Positions 44,346-58,390 of a stretch of 64,000 bases of DNA are shown here, in pieces. Positions within the stretch are counted from its first letter, which is position 1, and each line of letters begins with the position of its first letter. The notes beneath the pieces are model-generated. The model saw only the letters and a list, made by a program, of their open reading frames with translations, was not told the DNA's origin and did not search any database. The position numbers were made by a program, and so were the translations under genes. Source of the DNA: Octopus sinensis (Eukaryota); contig NC_043008.1 of NCBI RefSeq assembly GCF_006345805.1, forward strand, positions 30,814,001 to 30,878,000. Reading direction: 5' to 3'.

Positions 44346-44464
44346 TTACAGGGTAAATGTTTTTTAATTTTCTCCTGGTTTACGGAATTGATGTTATTTT
44401 GCGGTTAAAGCTTTTGGCTGTTATTTCTAGTGGGTGAATGGCCTATTATGGCCGTTCCTTGATT

Positions 44465-44552
<88 letters not shown>

Positions 44553-45249
44553 ATGTATGTATATACATGTTACATACTTTCGAACCTTTGCATAATTTAT
44601 TCATCAATTTCACGGTATTTGTTCAACTGGACATATGGCGTACTGCCAGCTACAAGTAACCCTACATAATTATTTCGACCTTCTTTGAATGCTTTGGTGT
44701 ACTTTTTAAGCTTTTGGGATAATCCATATCCAATTCCCAGTGAGGATTTTCTACTTCTGAAGTATTTTCGTCGTTATTTTAAGTGCAATGATGTAAATTT
44801 TTTTATTTCTGTTGAAAGAAATCGGTCATGTCTGCTGTTTTGACGACTATATAACCGAGATTCACAGCCAATTCAGAATTGGTGTATGTTTTGAATATTC
44901 ATTAACCAAAGTATCGATATAGGAATCAATTTTAATTTTTTGTGTTATGTTAGTTGAGATTATGAGTTGATATTGCATTGGTTTCCTTCGGGTTCTAAAT
45001 TGGTGGTGATGTATCGTTTGAGACCTAACACGGAGATCGATTTATTTGTTAAAGTGATTGACTACTCATCAGAAAAGCTTAGCAACATAATTGATTCAAC
45101 GGTACACCGTTCCATCTGTTTTAGTTTTTGAGCTCTTACTGTGGAACATCTCCCTTGAAGTAGGCCATTGACTCTTCATGCGAATCACTTGAGGTTATGT
45201 ATGTGTGTATGAGTATGCATGTAGAGTTAAGTCTAGTGTATCAGTATCA

Positions 45250-45860
45250 AATGGACGAATATTAGGTAATATTACAAAAAATTTTACATTCTGACACATG
45301 AACATAGAAGTCCATTCTTTAGACTGGATTGGAACCGGGATGAGGTGGGAGCTAGGATTGCTATTCCCACTGAGAAATATGTTGAAAGAAAGGAAAACAG
45401 AGCACGAAGTGTCGGGCTGTCCGCAAAGCCCCAGAATCTGCAAACACTACTGTTTTCGATCGAGGACTGAATACAGATATGTGCGGCATGTAATGAGAAC
45501 GATTAAAATGTCCTTCACACAATCGAGCATTCTCTACGGATTCCTCATCTAAGGACTTTGCTAAACGATTAGTATTGTGCTTAGGAGAGATCTAGCTTAT
45601 AGCTGGGTCCATTGTGAAGATCTCCTCACTGCCTTCCTTTGATAGGGAGAGGAGGGACAATGATTTCTCTTTGTTATAATAGATCTCGTTATGTTGTATG
45701 ACAGGAGAGTAATAAAAGGAGTTTCATATGCAGTAAACTTTCGTGGAAGATAAAGGAGAAGAAAGAAATTCTGCTTTAACTTTTTAAAAGAACATTAAGT
45801 AAAAACTATGAATTTATAGTGTGTGTTCAAGCTAGAAGAAGTAGCTGATTAGCGTGTATA
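45250..45860 (+). pseudogene. L1/Tx1-like LINE C-terminal relic
   Basis: ICAACNEND*NVLHTIEHS resembles the CxxC....ET..H...C zinc knuckle of L1-clade ORF2. Confidence 0.4.
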
Positions 45861-45883
45861 GCGTGGTCATTTTTAATGATGCT

Positions 45884-46100
45884 AAAGCGGCGAGCTTGCA
45901 GAATCATTAGCACGTCGGACAAAATGGTTAGTAACATTTCGCCTGACTTTACGTTCTGAATTCAACTGCCGCCAAGGTCGACTTTGCCTTTCATTATTTC
46001 GGAATCAATGAAATAAGTACCAGTTGAGCATTGGGGTCGATATAATCGACTAGCTCTTCTCATCAAATTTCAGGCCTTGTGCCTATACTAAAAAAGGATT
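45884..46100 (+). mobile_element. SINE family B, full length
   Basis: AAAGCGGCGAGCTTGCAGAATC...AAGGTCGACTTTGCCTTTCAT...GGCCTTGTGCC. Confidence 0.85.
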
Positions 46101-48971
46101 ATTTAGTGCTTCTCTACACTATGTTGATGGCTCTCACTCTGTCTACGGCTTTATGCGTGTGTTAAAAACAACTATTTATTATTAGAGCAGTATATGATTG
46201 ATTCGGTAGATTTACTGCAGAAAGCCTCTTCATTACGAACTCAAATCCGATCGAAATCAATGCAATCTTTCTTCCTTTGGGGATCAGAGCAGATAAAGTA
46301 AATAGCATTCACGTGCCTAAAGTTAAAGTCCTCATTATTATTGGTTGAGCGGCGACAGAACCAGAAGTGCATCAAATTGCATATCTTACAAGAGTTCGTT
46401 TCTTCATTTTCAGATTCCTCTGCGATCGAGTTTACCTTTCAGCCTTTGTCGATCAATAAAATTAAGTTGCCGTTACGTAATGATATCCATGAAACTGACT
46501 ATATTCTCCCACAATTTCATAAGCCCTGAGTTTGTATTAGAAATCAATATTATACAGTACATAGCAGAATGTATAGAGTGTCGGAGACTATTCATTACGA
46601 TATTCAGTGAAGTCAATTTGCATTCTAAATTCAAATCCCACTGAGGTCAAATTTTTCTTTCGGTAATAAAAGTTGAGCTGACGAAGAAGCCTCTATGTGC
46701 ACAACTGACATGCATTAAATGGGAGCCAATTTGTCAGAAACAACACGCCACCATGTGAAAAGACACAATGGTCACTGCAACTCTATTTATATATATAAAT
46801 ATATATCAGTGAAGAAATGGGATAGTCACAGTTGAAATGCTTTTCAGCATAGGTCAAGCATGACGATCGATCTGGCATGAAATCTTTCTTGACAACAAAA
46901 AAAGTATCAATCATATAAGAGAATTGATTTAATCGCATACAACCCTAACATGCAAAATAATAATTACCATCCAAGTCCTTGCTATTAATTCAAAGAAGAG
47001 AAAATAAGAAAATGAATTACATCTCGAAGAAAAAGTGAGGATCTATACTAAAGAGAATACAATGAAATATCTTTGTATATCTTGAGAAGAAATTAATCTA
47101 GACGCTTTGGAGGGAAATCTTTCTTCAAAAAATATACAATACATTGCAGAAAAATTTCTTCAATTAAAGTCATTTCTATGGCTTGTCATCTAGAACTTTT
47201 TCAGAGAAAGGCTCAGACCAACACAGCAGAATTTACCTTTAATCATGGTCCACGAACTTTACATTCTGTTATTCATAATTTTATCCCATACATGGGATGC
47301 TCACTCGACAATAGTCTTGTTCTAACAGGTGTTGGTTAAAAACTGCTAGTATTTTAGTTTACTGATCTTCGCTATCTTGTCCATTCGACTGTGATGTCAC
47401 TTCAACAGTTGTATGTTAAACGCTGCTAGTATTTTAGTCTAGTAAACCAGCTGTTACCATTTATTCATGAGAATCGAAAAGCTTGTTGCCAAATATCTCT
47501 TTATCTTTACTATTCATCTCACATTCCATAATAATCACGTCCAACAACTATAAAAAGGTCTTTTATTCAAGTTTTGCTCTTCTTACTCTCTAGCGATTAT
47601 ACATATACATGCATACACACATACATATTTACGTACATACATATGTACGCGGCATACGAGTGTTGGTATAAATGCTTATATATATTATATATATATATAT
47701 ATATATACAGGTGTATATATATATATATATACACACACACAAATATACATACATACAGGTAACTATATAAGTGTGCGTGCGTTCGGTAATATGTGCGTGA
47801 GTGTCTCCTTTTTCTGTTTTTCCCATAGCGCATCTTAATCATTCTTTCGTTGTCCCCTGCTTTCTCTATATATGTCTGTATATAGACGCGTGTTTGGAGA
47901 CATAGAGACACAGTGACACAGGGAGAGATAGATAGAGAGAGAGGGAGAGAGAGAGAGAGTGCAACACTAAATGAAGACGAAAGAGAAAAAGAAAAGAAAA
48001 CCGAAACGATATTTACAACTGTATACTTACACATACGTACAAGGTCGATATATCAGTCTCTATGTATTTATATTCATGAATATATGTGGGTGCATGTGTA
48101 TTCGTGTGTGTGAGCTTGAGCACATGTGTGTGTATTAATTTGCTCTCATTCTTTCTGTTATTCCGTTGCTTGCAACCATTAGGTCGGTGTTCAGCTCGCT
48201 GTGATTGGCTATTGGCTAAAGAGCCATCAACTGCTACGTTCCACACGAGCAGCGCGGCAATTCGTTTTCAGCAATTTCTGTCAAAGAAAATATCGATTCT
48301 TGAGATATTTCTAATTCGTGATCAGAATATCACCAATGAATGGCTCTATCTGTATGTATATATCTGTATCTAACAATATATGCTTATATTCATATGTGCG
48401 CTTACATACATGTGTACATATGCGTGTATGCCATACATTATTCTATATACGTGGGATGTTCATATGTACATATTGAGTCAAGAGTATGTGTTTATACGTG
48501 TAAGGATACATTTTATATGTCCGCACATAAATGTGTAGTTTGTCTCGAGAAAGAGTTGTATGCCTGTCTCTTTTCGTGTATGTTCAATGTGTTTGTGTAT
48601 GCGTATGAGAGATGTACGTGTGCGTGATCATCAAAAGAAATAACGGAATATGTATTTTGTCTTTAAATATGTTATATGCGAAAATGGAACGATCTGCATA
48701 TGTCTTTACATTTAAACATATATGATTGTGCGTGTGTGCGTGCATTCGTATATATATATATAATACATACATATAGATTTATACATATATATATATATAT
48801 GGCAGAGACAGAGACAGACAGATATATAGATAGATAGATAAATAGATAGATAGATAGATTGATAGATAGATAGACAGACACACAGACACACTGACAGACA
48901 GACAGACAGAAAGACAGACAGACAGCCAGACAGACAGACAGACAGACAGACAGACATACAGACAGACAGAC

Positions 48972-49083
<112 letters not shown>

Positions 49084-49424
49084 GGGTCCATACATAAACA
49101 TGCATATATATGTGAACTTTCTACAGACATGGTCCTACGTCGGTTTCAGCAATGACGATTCCTATTGTTTGATCAACAGCTTTGCTTACTCGTTTAGTAA
49201 CAGGTTATCCCATAGACAAGAGTCCCCTTAACGTAATTTTCAGACTGAATCAAGGTGGCTGAATGAGTAACAAAGTCGAATATCTGGATTATAGGGACAA
49301 GCTACCCGACGGGATACTTTGCAGTTTCCAATGGATTTGTTCAGTGCATGCCCATGGCCAACATCATCTGCCTGAAACTTCAGTCAGTCGTGATATCCCT
49401 GGTCCGTCGATGGTTTCGGCGTTA

Positions 49425-49962
49425 TACACATAAGTCAGCATGTGTATAGTACCCCAGTACTTTTTTGCTAAGTCTGGTACTTCGATAGTCCTCATTTACA
49501 GAAAACACTAATTCACACACACACACACACACACACACACTAATTGACGGGGACGTAAAGAAATCAGCACCTGTTGTTAAGCACTGAAGGGCTACAAACA
49601 CAAGCACGATGACATACATACATGCATATATACATACACACACACACACATATATACTCTTCGTATATGTGTTATATGTGTATTATATATATACATACAT
49701 ACATATATATATATTATATATATATATATATACATACATGCATACATACATACATACATACATACATACATACATACATACATACATACATACATACATA
49801 CATACATACATAAGACAGGTTTCCACAGATTTTGCGTCTACTAAATTCACTCATATGATATTGGTCGGCCTAGGGCTATACTAGAAGATACTTGCTCAAG
49901 GAGCCGCGCAGTAGTGCTGAACCCGAAACCACCTGGTTACAGAACGAGCTTCGAAACCACAC
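49425..49962 (-). mobile_element. SINE family A with expanded internal microsatellite
   Basis: Head remnant at 49815-49962, tail remnant at 49425-49610. Confidence 0.65.
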
Positions 49963-50086
49963 GTTCAGGATCCGGGGATCGAGGTGTAGGAAGAAACTTC
50001 AAGCAATCCGTAGTAAATATTAAAAGAAAAACAATTTTTAGGGACAATAATGGTTTATTGAGACGGAACGTTGTGGATTTTATATA

Positions 50087-50142
<56 letters not shown>

Positions 50143-50913
50143 TGTGTTTTTGTGTGTGTGTGTGTACATTCCAATGTTACAGTTTGTCGACGAAAGAAGA
50201 AAAATCTATACAGTGCATGATGTAGGACCTACAGTCTACTTTTAAATAAAATTCTTTTCTTCTAACTCAAGACACACAACTCGATGCGTTCAGACGAGAA
50301 CTGTCTTTTTTCGTTATTGGACTTGCTTTATATATGTATTTGAGCAGAATTACTCTTATGTCTATTGTTATCGTTTTTAATGGCTGATTTCAAATATATT
50401 TCCACTATGTTGTTTCATTTGACAATTTTTGTGTTTTTTTACTTTTTATTTTCAATGTATCTGTTTATTTATTATTTATTGTTTCATTATTCATCTATCT
50501 TGTTGTTTTACTCTGTAATTTTTGTTTCATGACCTGCAATGATGAAGATATTTTTTCTGAAATTACTAATCTCTGCTGATCTTTTTTCATTAACCAAATT
50601 AGTTGTCTTTCTTTCTTTGTTTTCCTGTTGCATAATCACATCTTGTTTTTCTAAGATACATCTTGTATTGTTTGTTTATGTGTTTATCCCTTGAGTAGTT
50701 CACTAGTATCCTGTATTTGTTTCTTAATTACACCATTTATATCTTGTATTGCTATTGTGGTCGTTCTGTGAATTTCGTAAATTATCTCATATCTGAATTG
50801 ACTGAAAATAATTTTTTACATAATTTGTAATAATAGCTTACCGATATTTATGTCTCCAATTTAATTTTCCCGAAGATTAATTTGTTCTGTTCTTTTCTTT
50901 GCGTTGGCGTTTG

Positions 50914-51095
50914 CATAATGCTTAGCGCTTTTTCGTTCGTCTCCAGATTCTGAGTTCTAATTCTACCGAACTCGACTTTACCTTTCATCTCTTCGAAGTC
51001 GATAAAATAACTACCAGTTGAGCAGTGAGGTCGATGTAATTGACTTACACCCTCCTTCAAAATTGTTGGCCTTGTAGCAAAATTTGAAGTCATTG
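50914..51095 (+). mobile_element. SINE family B
   Basis: TTCTGAGTTCTAATTCTACCGAACTCGACTTTACCTTTCATC...GTCGATAAAATAACTACCAG. Confidence 0.8.
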
Positions 51096-51244
51096 TTGTA
51101 GCTTAACCACTATTTCTGCTGCTAGTACATCATCGAATGTTCTCCCGTTTGCAATTTGAACGAGATTTTGTTAATGAATTTATTCCAATATTTGCAAAGT
51201 AAACATTGGAAGCAATCCTATTTATAGTGTAATTATAATATATA

Positions 51245-51673
51245 TAGATCTTTTCGGTTTGAATGGCAGTTTTATCTAGCGGTGTCATATGAAATTGTCA
51301 CCCATAATTATGACCCTAGTATCGATCTATTGCATTTCAATCTGTTTTAGGGTTAGGGTTAGGGCTAGGGTTAGGGGTGGGGGAAGGGTATCTTTTTTTC
51401 TTCACAAATGTAAATAAACCCAATCTTTTTCTTAAACGAGGGACATATTCATACGGCACAGAATGTTTTTTACCTCAATAGACGTATTTGATTGGTTGAA
51501 ATTGCAGAAATTGAAGAAAAAAAACAACAAATATCTTATAAACTATAGAATTTTCTCAATAAAGCCAAGAGAAAAGATGTTCTATAAACACATTCTACCA
51601 GTATACGAAGTTTAAATTTTTTTAGTTACCTAGAAATTATGTTAAAAACTGTCGTTCAAACCGAAAAGATCCA
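51245..51673. mobile_element. TA-flanked TIR MITE with internal (TTAGGG)n-like run
   Basis: TIRs TAGATCTTTTCGGTTTGAATGGCAGTTTT / AAAACTGTCGTTCAAACCGAAAAGATCCA. Confidence 0.85.
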
Positions 51674-51929
51674 TACATATTTCTGCGGTACACAGCAACC
51701 ATATTCCGGAAACATTTATCTAAGGTTTGCCATTGTCTGTTATTATTCGTTTTATGTTTTTATATAACATTCTCTCTTAAGTCAAGAATGTAGTTTGATG
51801 AACATGCTTATTTTTATTTTTATTTTAGTTTATTTATTTATTTATTTATTTTTTTGCTCTCTGGTAAAAAGATCCGTTGCAGTTACATGTGTTTTACACT
51901 AAGTATTGTTTATGGTGTGGATGATGGGT

Positions 51930-52740
51930 TTGAAAGTTTTAGCTAACTTTTGTCCGTTTCTTTTGAATAATTTGGAGAACCAGTGGTTGACTAAGAAGTG
52001 CTTGATAGTAAGTAGTAGAGGGTAGGCTGTCATTGTTTAAGGCGGATGTCGGATTGAACTAGAATATGTTTATTCCGCTGTTTTTCGCTAATAGTTCGTT
52101 TGTGAAACTAGACATATTCTCATTTGTCTTTGCAGCCATTCATTTCTACATCTCTTCTCAGCCTAGAAGAACATTGTTGATTTTCTCCAGTGTATTTTGC
52201 TAACGTCTTTGTTACTGAATGAACGTTGTTGGAATTCTTGTTTATATAAAACTGTACTTCATTCGATTTCTGCACGAATATTTTTCCTGTGTTTAGCTTT
52301 AGTATTCTCGCTAGGAAATTTGCTTCAGGCAGTTTGTTGTGGATGGTTATTTTAAGGTTGAACCGTTTGAATGCATCACTTTGTTTTTTTCTTAGTTTAA
52401 TTTTATTATTCATCTTTTTCTAAATCTGTCTCGTTTGTGTTCGTTCTTGTCTTGGGTATTTTAATGCCATTTTCTTTGTAAAGTCCTTTGGCATTTTGGT
52501 TGAACATGTTGTTTAGTTTAGCTTTTACTACATATTTACTCATAATAGTTCCCAGCTCTCCGCTTTCCTGTAACATCCTGGTTTCATCTCAAAAAGCTGT
52601 TCATTTTTCTTAGTTTTGTATTTTGTTTTTGATTTTTGGGGTTTTATTTGTTTTTTAATACTTTACCCACAATGAAAAAGTTAAAATTTTCTTCAAATTA
52701 TTGCATGTTTCTTTGCTAATTGCCGTCTTGCAAACTCTAG
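51930..52740 (-). pseudogene. Penelope-like RT relic
   Basis: GLYKENGI (decayed GLYRDDGL), LKITI..LPEANFL...LNTG, YINKNSN. Confidence 0.7.
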
Positions 52741-52889
52741 TGACCAAACAACGGATAAAGCGAGGCCAAAGAAGTGAGCGACGCCTCAATCTCGTATAGA
52801 GTAAAGTAGTTACTCCTCCAAATAGTTAAAACACTATCAAAATCGATATTTCGTTGTGAATTCGGGTTAAAAAAAGATGTATAAAGAAC

Positions 52890-54367
52890 TTTGTGGTTAG
52901 ATATTTTTTTCAGGTTCCGCAACGCAATCAAAATTCTTTTTAATCGTTAATCGTTAGTTTTGGAGATTGTAAGTCGTACCAAATACATATTTCTACATAG
53001 CAGAATGTGGAACAGTAAATATAATATCCCTAAATGTTTCAAATAAGTTTCAATACAATTGACTAATACCTTGTGTTTCGGCATTAACTATAAAGAGAAG
53101 GGGAATGTGAACATCTCTCCAGTGCCACTGCAACGTTCGTTGTGTGTCGACGTACGTTGTGTGTGTGTGAAGTTTTCTGCTTTGTACCTTGACTTTGTAT
53201 TAAAATTAATAATCGTGTGAAATTTATTGTTGTTTACATTTACGTCATGACTCATAAACCAATAACGCGTCATGATATTGAATGCCCAATATTTGGCACC
53301 CCTTGGGACCTTAGCGAGCGAGTTTTGCCAACTTACAAGGACGTATTATAATGTGTTTTATGTGAACGAGAAAAAAGAAAAGAATGCAGTTAAGAAAGAT
53401 CCTTCAATTAAACAAATTGTCACGATAGTAGCAGAAAAGATAATTCTTCTTTGCTAAAAGGCATCCATCCCTTATGTTACGATTAAGTTAGTTAAACCGA
53501 AAATCTTAAACTTGTATCTAAAGTACCAAGCATTACCAAAATATGTGAAAATTAGAAAAAATGTGCCATCGTTTCAAACAAAGTGTAATGTGCTTAAAAA
53601 CAGTGCAATATATGATTTATTGTTGCAAATGCAACTCCTTTAAAAACTGCAGTTGTAATAGAGACAGAAAAGTACCACAAAAAGATTTTTTACAGGATCA
53701 AAGGCCAAATCTAAAAATGATCATTGGCGGAATAGATCAAGTAGTATCTAAACAGAAAGTTCAAACGTTGATTACGAAGAATCGGACAGATCACAGTCGC
53801 CCTTCTACGTCAGCAAAGGAAAGATTAAGATTTTCGGATTAACTAACTCAATCGTAACACAAGGGACGGATGTCTTTTGCCAAAGAAGGATTATCTTTTC
53901 TGTCACAATCTTGACAATTTGTTTATTATATTTTGATATGTGTGTAATTTAGAATTCATACAACACATATACATTCGGTGACCGAGTATTAAAGATAATA
54001 AAGAAAACGAAGTCGAAAAGTCTACTTATTTCACATAATTTCGAAATTTCAAGTGCGTTGCGGAGTCAAAAGATATAAAGTTTAGAGCTTGGAGATTTTA
54101 AAATTCCTGTTTCTAATGTATTTTACAAAAGAATATTAAATCGTAACGATGAAGGTAAGAAGCAAAATGAGGAGCAGCAAACGTATTATAAATTGATTTT
54201 TCGCTCATTATTCAAATTTTCAAGTGGATTGCGAAGCCTATAGATGTAAATTTAAGAACTTCAGGTTTTAACACAGTTGTTTTTTTAAGACCTTTGCAAT
54301 AAACAATATATTCTTAAAAACATATATTGAAAATCTGTGTAAAAAATGCCATTTTCGCGTTACCTTA
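52890..54367 (+). mobile_element. Decayed DNA transposon (superfamily uncertain) with N-terminal transposase relic
   Basis: KASIP, CKC....CSC....KVP..DFLQDQR..KMIIGGID. Internal inverted repeat 53408-53512/53821-53927. Homologous to 28425-29099. Confidence 0.6.
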
Positions 54368-54932
54368 GTATCTAGTTAAGGTGTTGTCTGACGTCTACAA
54401 ATAATATCCATGTTTGCAGGAATATAAGTATGGGTATATTTACTGATTAGCGGCTGACAATTCGGTGGTATCACCGAAGATCACAAGTCACACGGTGGTA
54501 GCCTTCAAAAAAATGACACTATGGTAATATAATTTTTGCAGACTATTACAAACTAGGCTTTAGCACTCTACCATATTCTTCAGCAAAATACCTGCTTCTA
54601 TAAAGTAATGAATCCTATGTCACTTATGAATCAAGGAACACCACTTGAAGAATTGGAACGGATTGAAGATTGAATAATCAATATATGATATGTGTGTGAA
54701 GACTCGTAACCGAAGAGATAATGTGTTTGGATCATGATCAATTAGTCAGGTGTTCAATTTCTAGCAGATTTAGATGGTTCCTCTTGCGACAGACTGGAAT
54801 TCCGTTTAAAGGAGATTCTGGTGGTTTAAATCCTTGAAAACTGGAAAAAGTTCATGCCAATTGAGCTTTAGGTTTTTGACAGTGCGTTTGTGTGCGTGTA
54901 TGTGTATACATATGTGTGTGTATATATGTGTG

Positions 54933-54984
<52 letters not shown>

Positions 54985-55091
54985 CAGAGACACAGAGACA
55001 CAGAGTGAAAGAGATAGATAGATAGATACATACATACATTCATAGATAGACAGATAGACAAATAGACAGGCATATATATATATACATGTGA

Positions 55092-55124
<33 letters not shown>

Positions 55125-55130
<6 letters not shown>

Positions 55131-55412
55131 TACCGGAGTATACACATAAATGTGAAACAAGGTGGAAAAAAGAGTACTCAAATACCAGTGGTAGAGTAAT
55201 ATGCTTTATTCAAAGCAGCAGAAAATTCAACAAAACCTGTTACTCTGAGTTTCCTGTTGCCGTTCGTCGGACAGTTTTTGCTAGAATGGAACCGATATGT
55301 GGATTCTATCCAGACTATTGTAAACGCTGCACCTTTTAAAAAATGGACTTGTTTGATTGGCCCTTTGGAAATAACAGGTTTTGTTGAATTTTCTGCTGCT
55401 TTGAATAAAGTA
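55125..55412 (-). mobile_element. PLE-end fragment with hammerhead-like motif (55232-55279) and 42-bp inverted repeat
   Basis: Minus strand: CTGT-CCGACGA-ACGGCAACAG-GAAACTC-A-GAGTA-ACAG. Inverted repeat 55201-55242/55372-55412. Confidence 0.6.
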
Positions 55413-55793
55413 TATATATATATATACATATACACATACAGCCATACAGATAAGCACGTACAAATGCAAACACACACAAAGACACCTCTCTTCTCTCTCT
55501 CTTTCCCTACGAAAAGTAGAATCACTGCTACTATCATGGACACCGTTTCATACTTCAACTTCCACCAACACTACTACAAGCGCCTACTCTGCAGCTCTTA
55601 CCTTTGTGACAAGTGCATTCACAAACACATTCTCTTCCACCACCAGAACCTCTCTATCTCCACCACCAACAATAACAACTGTAAAACTACATATGACTGT
55701 TTACATGAATGGCTAGTTAGGACATTTGCCTAGATGTTTGCCAAACTATTCATATTTGCTTCATAAGCAGTGATGTGAACAACTTTCAAACGA

Positions 55794-55867
<74 letters not shown>

Positions 55868-55872
55868 TATTT
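55794..55872. repeat. (TAT)n microsatellite
   Basis: Direct inspection. Confidence 0.95.
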
Positions 55873-56623
55873 TGATCATTGACTAGAGAGGAAATATCGA
55901 AATGATTATATGAACAGTGAAATAGATGAACACAGAAGGAGTAAGAGTGTAGGTAATGGATGGAGAAGTGTTGTTACGCTATTTTCTACCGGAAAGTTAA
56001 ACTAACATACAAAAAATATTGAAGTTCCTCTCACACACATCACACATATAGATTGACCATGCATCTACACTCACAAATCACAACTACATACTTGCATGCA
56101 ATTACACACACACATACCCACACTCACACACATACAAACATATATACATATACAACGTACATACATACATACATACATACATACATACATACATACATAC
56201 ATACATACATACATACATACATACATACATACATACATACATACATACATACATACATACATACATACATACATACATACATACATACATGCATACATAC
56301 ATACATACGTATATGCTTAAGTACATACGTACAATCTCCACGTCTACAAATGTTACCACTGCTACCGATGTTATCACTAATAACTACACCACTGCCAACG
56401 TCCCCACTTTGCCCAAATTATTCACCCACACATTTCCTGCCGCATGTAAAATTTAAAGACAGAATCTGAGAAAAAATAATGGACGAATAGTTTGACGAAA
56501 TCATTATAATCTAATTGTCTTTTTCTGTGCGAATGTTCAGATATCCTGGATATCCTGATGTGTACTGGAGAATATGAATGCCTGCATGTATGGGTTTGCT
56601 ATGCAGTATTCCAATATTATTTT

Positions 56624-56656
<33 letters not shown>

Positions 56657-56804
56657 AATGTATGTATATGCGTATATGTGGGTGTATATAAGTATATATA
56701 TATATTTATATAGACATATATATATATACACATACATATATATACATATATGTGTTTGTATATATATATATAAGCATATATATATATACACACACACATC
56801 CACG

Positions 56805-56840
<36 letters not shown>

Positions 56841-57861
56841 ACGTATACGTATGAGGGTATATGTAATATGAATGTAATGTATTGTGTTGTATCTGTGTGT
56901 GTGTTTGCTTTATGTTTTATGTTTTTGTGGGATGAGAAGATTTAAGTACACATAATAATGCATTTCAAACTACAAACTCCAAATGAGAGATTTGCATCTT
57001 CAACTGAACATCCATGCTTTATAACAATCCCTTCATGCTAATTGTTACCAAATAATCTCTTAATCTTCAAATCTTCTAATCTTCTAATCTGCTAATCTTC
57101 TAATTTATGTCTATGTTGATTTACAGTCAGAAATCTCAATCCGCAATCAGTGGAAATAGTTTAAGACAAACACAAAGAAACAACATGAACTAACAAGTAG
57201 ACGTAACTAAAGCTATAATGAGCAAACAGATTTATAAAATGTAATCATGGAACAGGAATCTAGGAGAGTTCCTATAATGATTTGTAGAGTTATGAGTTTG
57301 TTACGGGCAACTTAATCTAAATGGATTTATGGTATTTAGTTTTGTGTATCGTGGTTCGCTGAGCTCAATCAGATATGACAGAACGCCGATCGATTTATAA
57401 TTTTCGTTGCGGTTCGCGTTTTCTCAGTGGTGTTGTATTGAGTCCATAAAGGAGACACTTAACCACCAATGGAATTTTAAAATGGAGAGAGGTACGTACT
57501 ATTTACCAAAAGCTATAGCTTGATCGCCTACAATTTCGCGGCCGGTGTTTTTACAGCCCTTTTGCTCAATGTATAATTTTTGCCTGTGCTGTATACTACT
57601 AAGTGTAGTCATTAGAATATTTTTACAAAGTTAATCCGGAAAGAAGAACAGTGTCCATGACTTTTGTAGGTCCACTATTTTGAAGGGATTCTTACTTGTA
57701 ATGACCAGCATAACGGTGTCCTTGTCAGGATGAGTTCAACAGCTAAGAACATTGCATCAATTAAGACACGAGCTGTCTTAATGAAATGTCTTTAACAGGT
57801 GCGTCTTGTGGAGTGAGGTCAAGGGAGATTTTAAGTGTGCACTGTTCAAATGAGGTCGCAA

Positions 57862-58083
57862 TATTGGTTTCAAATTTTGGCTCAAGGCCAGCAATTTCGG
57901 GGAGGACGTGGGTAAGTCGATTACATCGATCCCAGTGCTCAACTGGTACTTTGTTTTATAGACCCCGAAAGAATGAAAGGAAAAGTCGACCTTGGCAGAA
58001 TTTGAAGACATAATGTAAAGATGGACGAAATGTCGCTAGCCATTTTGCCCGGCGTGCGAATAATTCTGCCAGCTCGCCGCCTT
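57862..58083 (-). mobile_element. SINE family B, full length
   Basis: AAGGCGGCGAGCTGGCAGAATT...GCCTTGAGCCAAAATTTGAAACCAATA. Confidence 0.9.
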
Positions 58084-58390
58084 ATTAGGTGGGGATGTAA
58101 TATTACAACCTAATATGAGTGTCTCTGTATCCATGTTGAAAGAAAATACAACAGAATCAAATTAATTACTTTTAAAACAAGAAAATAATATTTCTTATTT
58201 TCAGAAGATTCATCGTGGAGTTAATGAAACTAAGGAAAGAAGATAAATGCCTTGAATCAAAGTAAATGAGTATATCTATCAAACAGGTTCTCTTCTTTCC
58301 TTCCGAAATATTGGTTGGTAATACCTTTTGATATACATCACAGGTAATGTTGATTGTGATGTTCCAGAGATTTCAGAGAAAGTTGTCTTA

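Larger units (their letters stand above)
42762..44469. mobile_element. Array of ~491-nt hammerhead-containing units (retrozyme/pLTR-like), two direct plus two inverted
   Basis: Units 42762-43250 and 43251-43567 (partial), then inverted 43568-44469 with period 491. Nearly identical copies, flanked by (TA)n, no ORF. Confidence 0.9.

Noticed and set aside
42762-44469. Possible CRISPR or satellite interpretation of the repeats
   Set aside because: No repeat-spacer structure, no cas genes, eukaryotic context, and only ~3.5 units.
44580-45000. Possible PLE RT N-terminal relic on the minus strand (IVVKTADMT)
   Set aside because: Only a single weak motif, which is insufficient to call.
48200-48270. 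Tandem ATTGG (CCAAT) boxes as a promoter
   Set aside because: Short motifs with no associated gene evidence.
51347-51376. Telomere or interstitial telomeric site
   Set aside because: Only ~5 units, and internal to a MITE.
55500-55558. Signal-peptide-like start of ORF 55178-55558
   Set aside because: TTG start, no splice donor, and it continues into microsatellite and repeat sequence.
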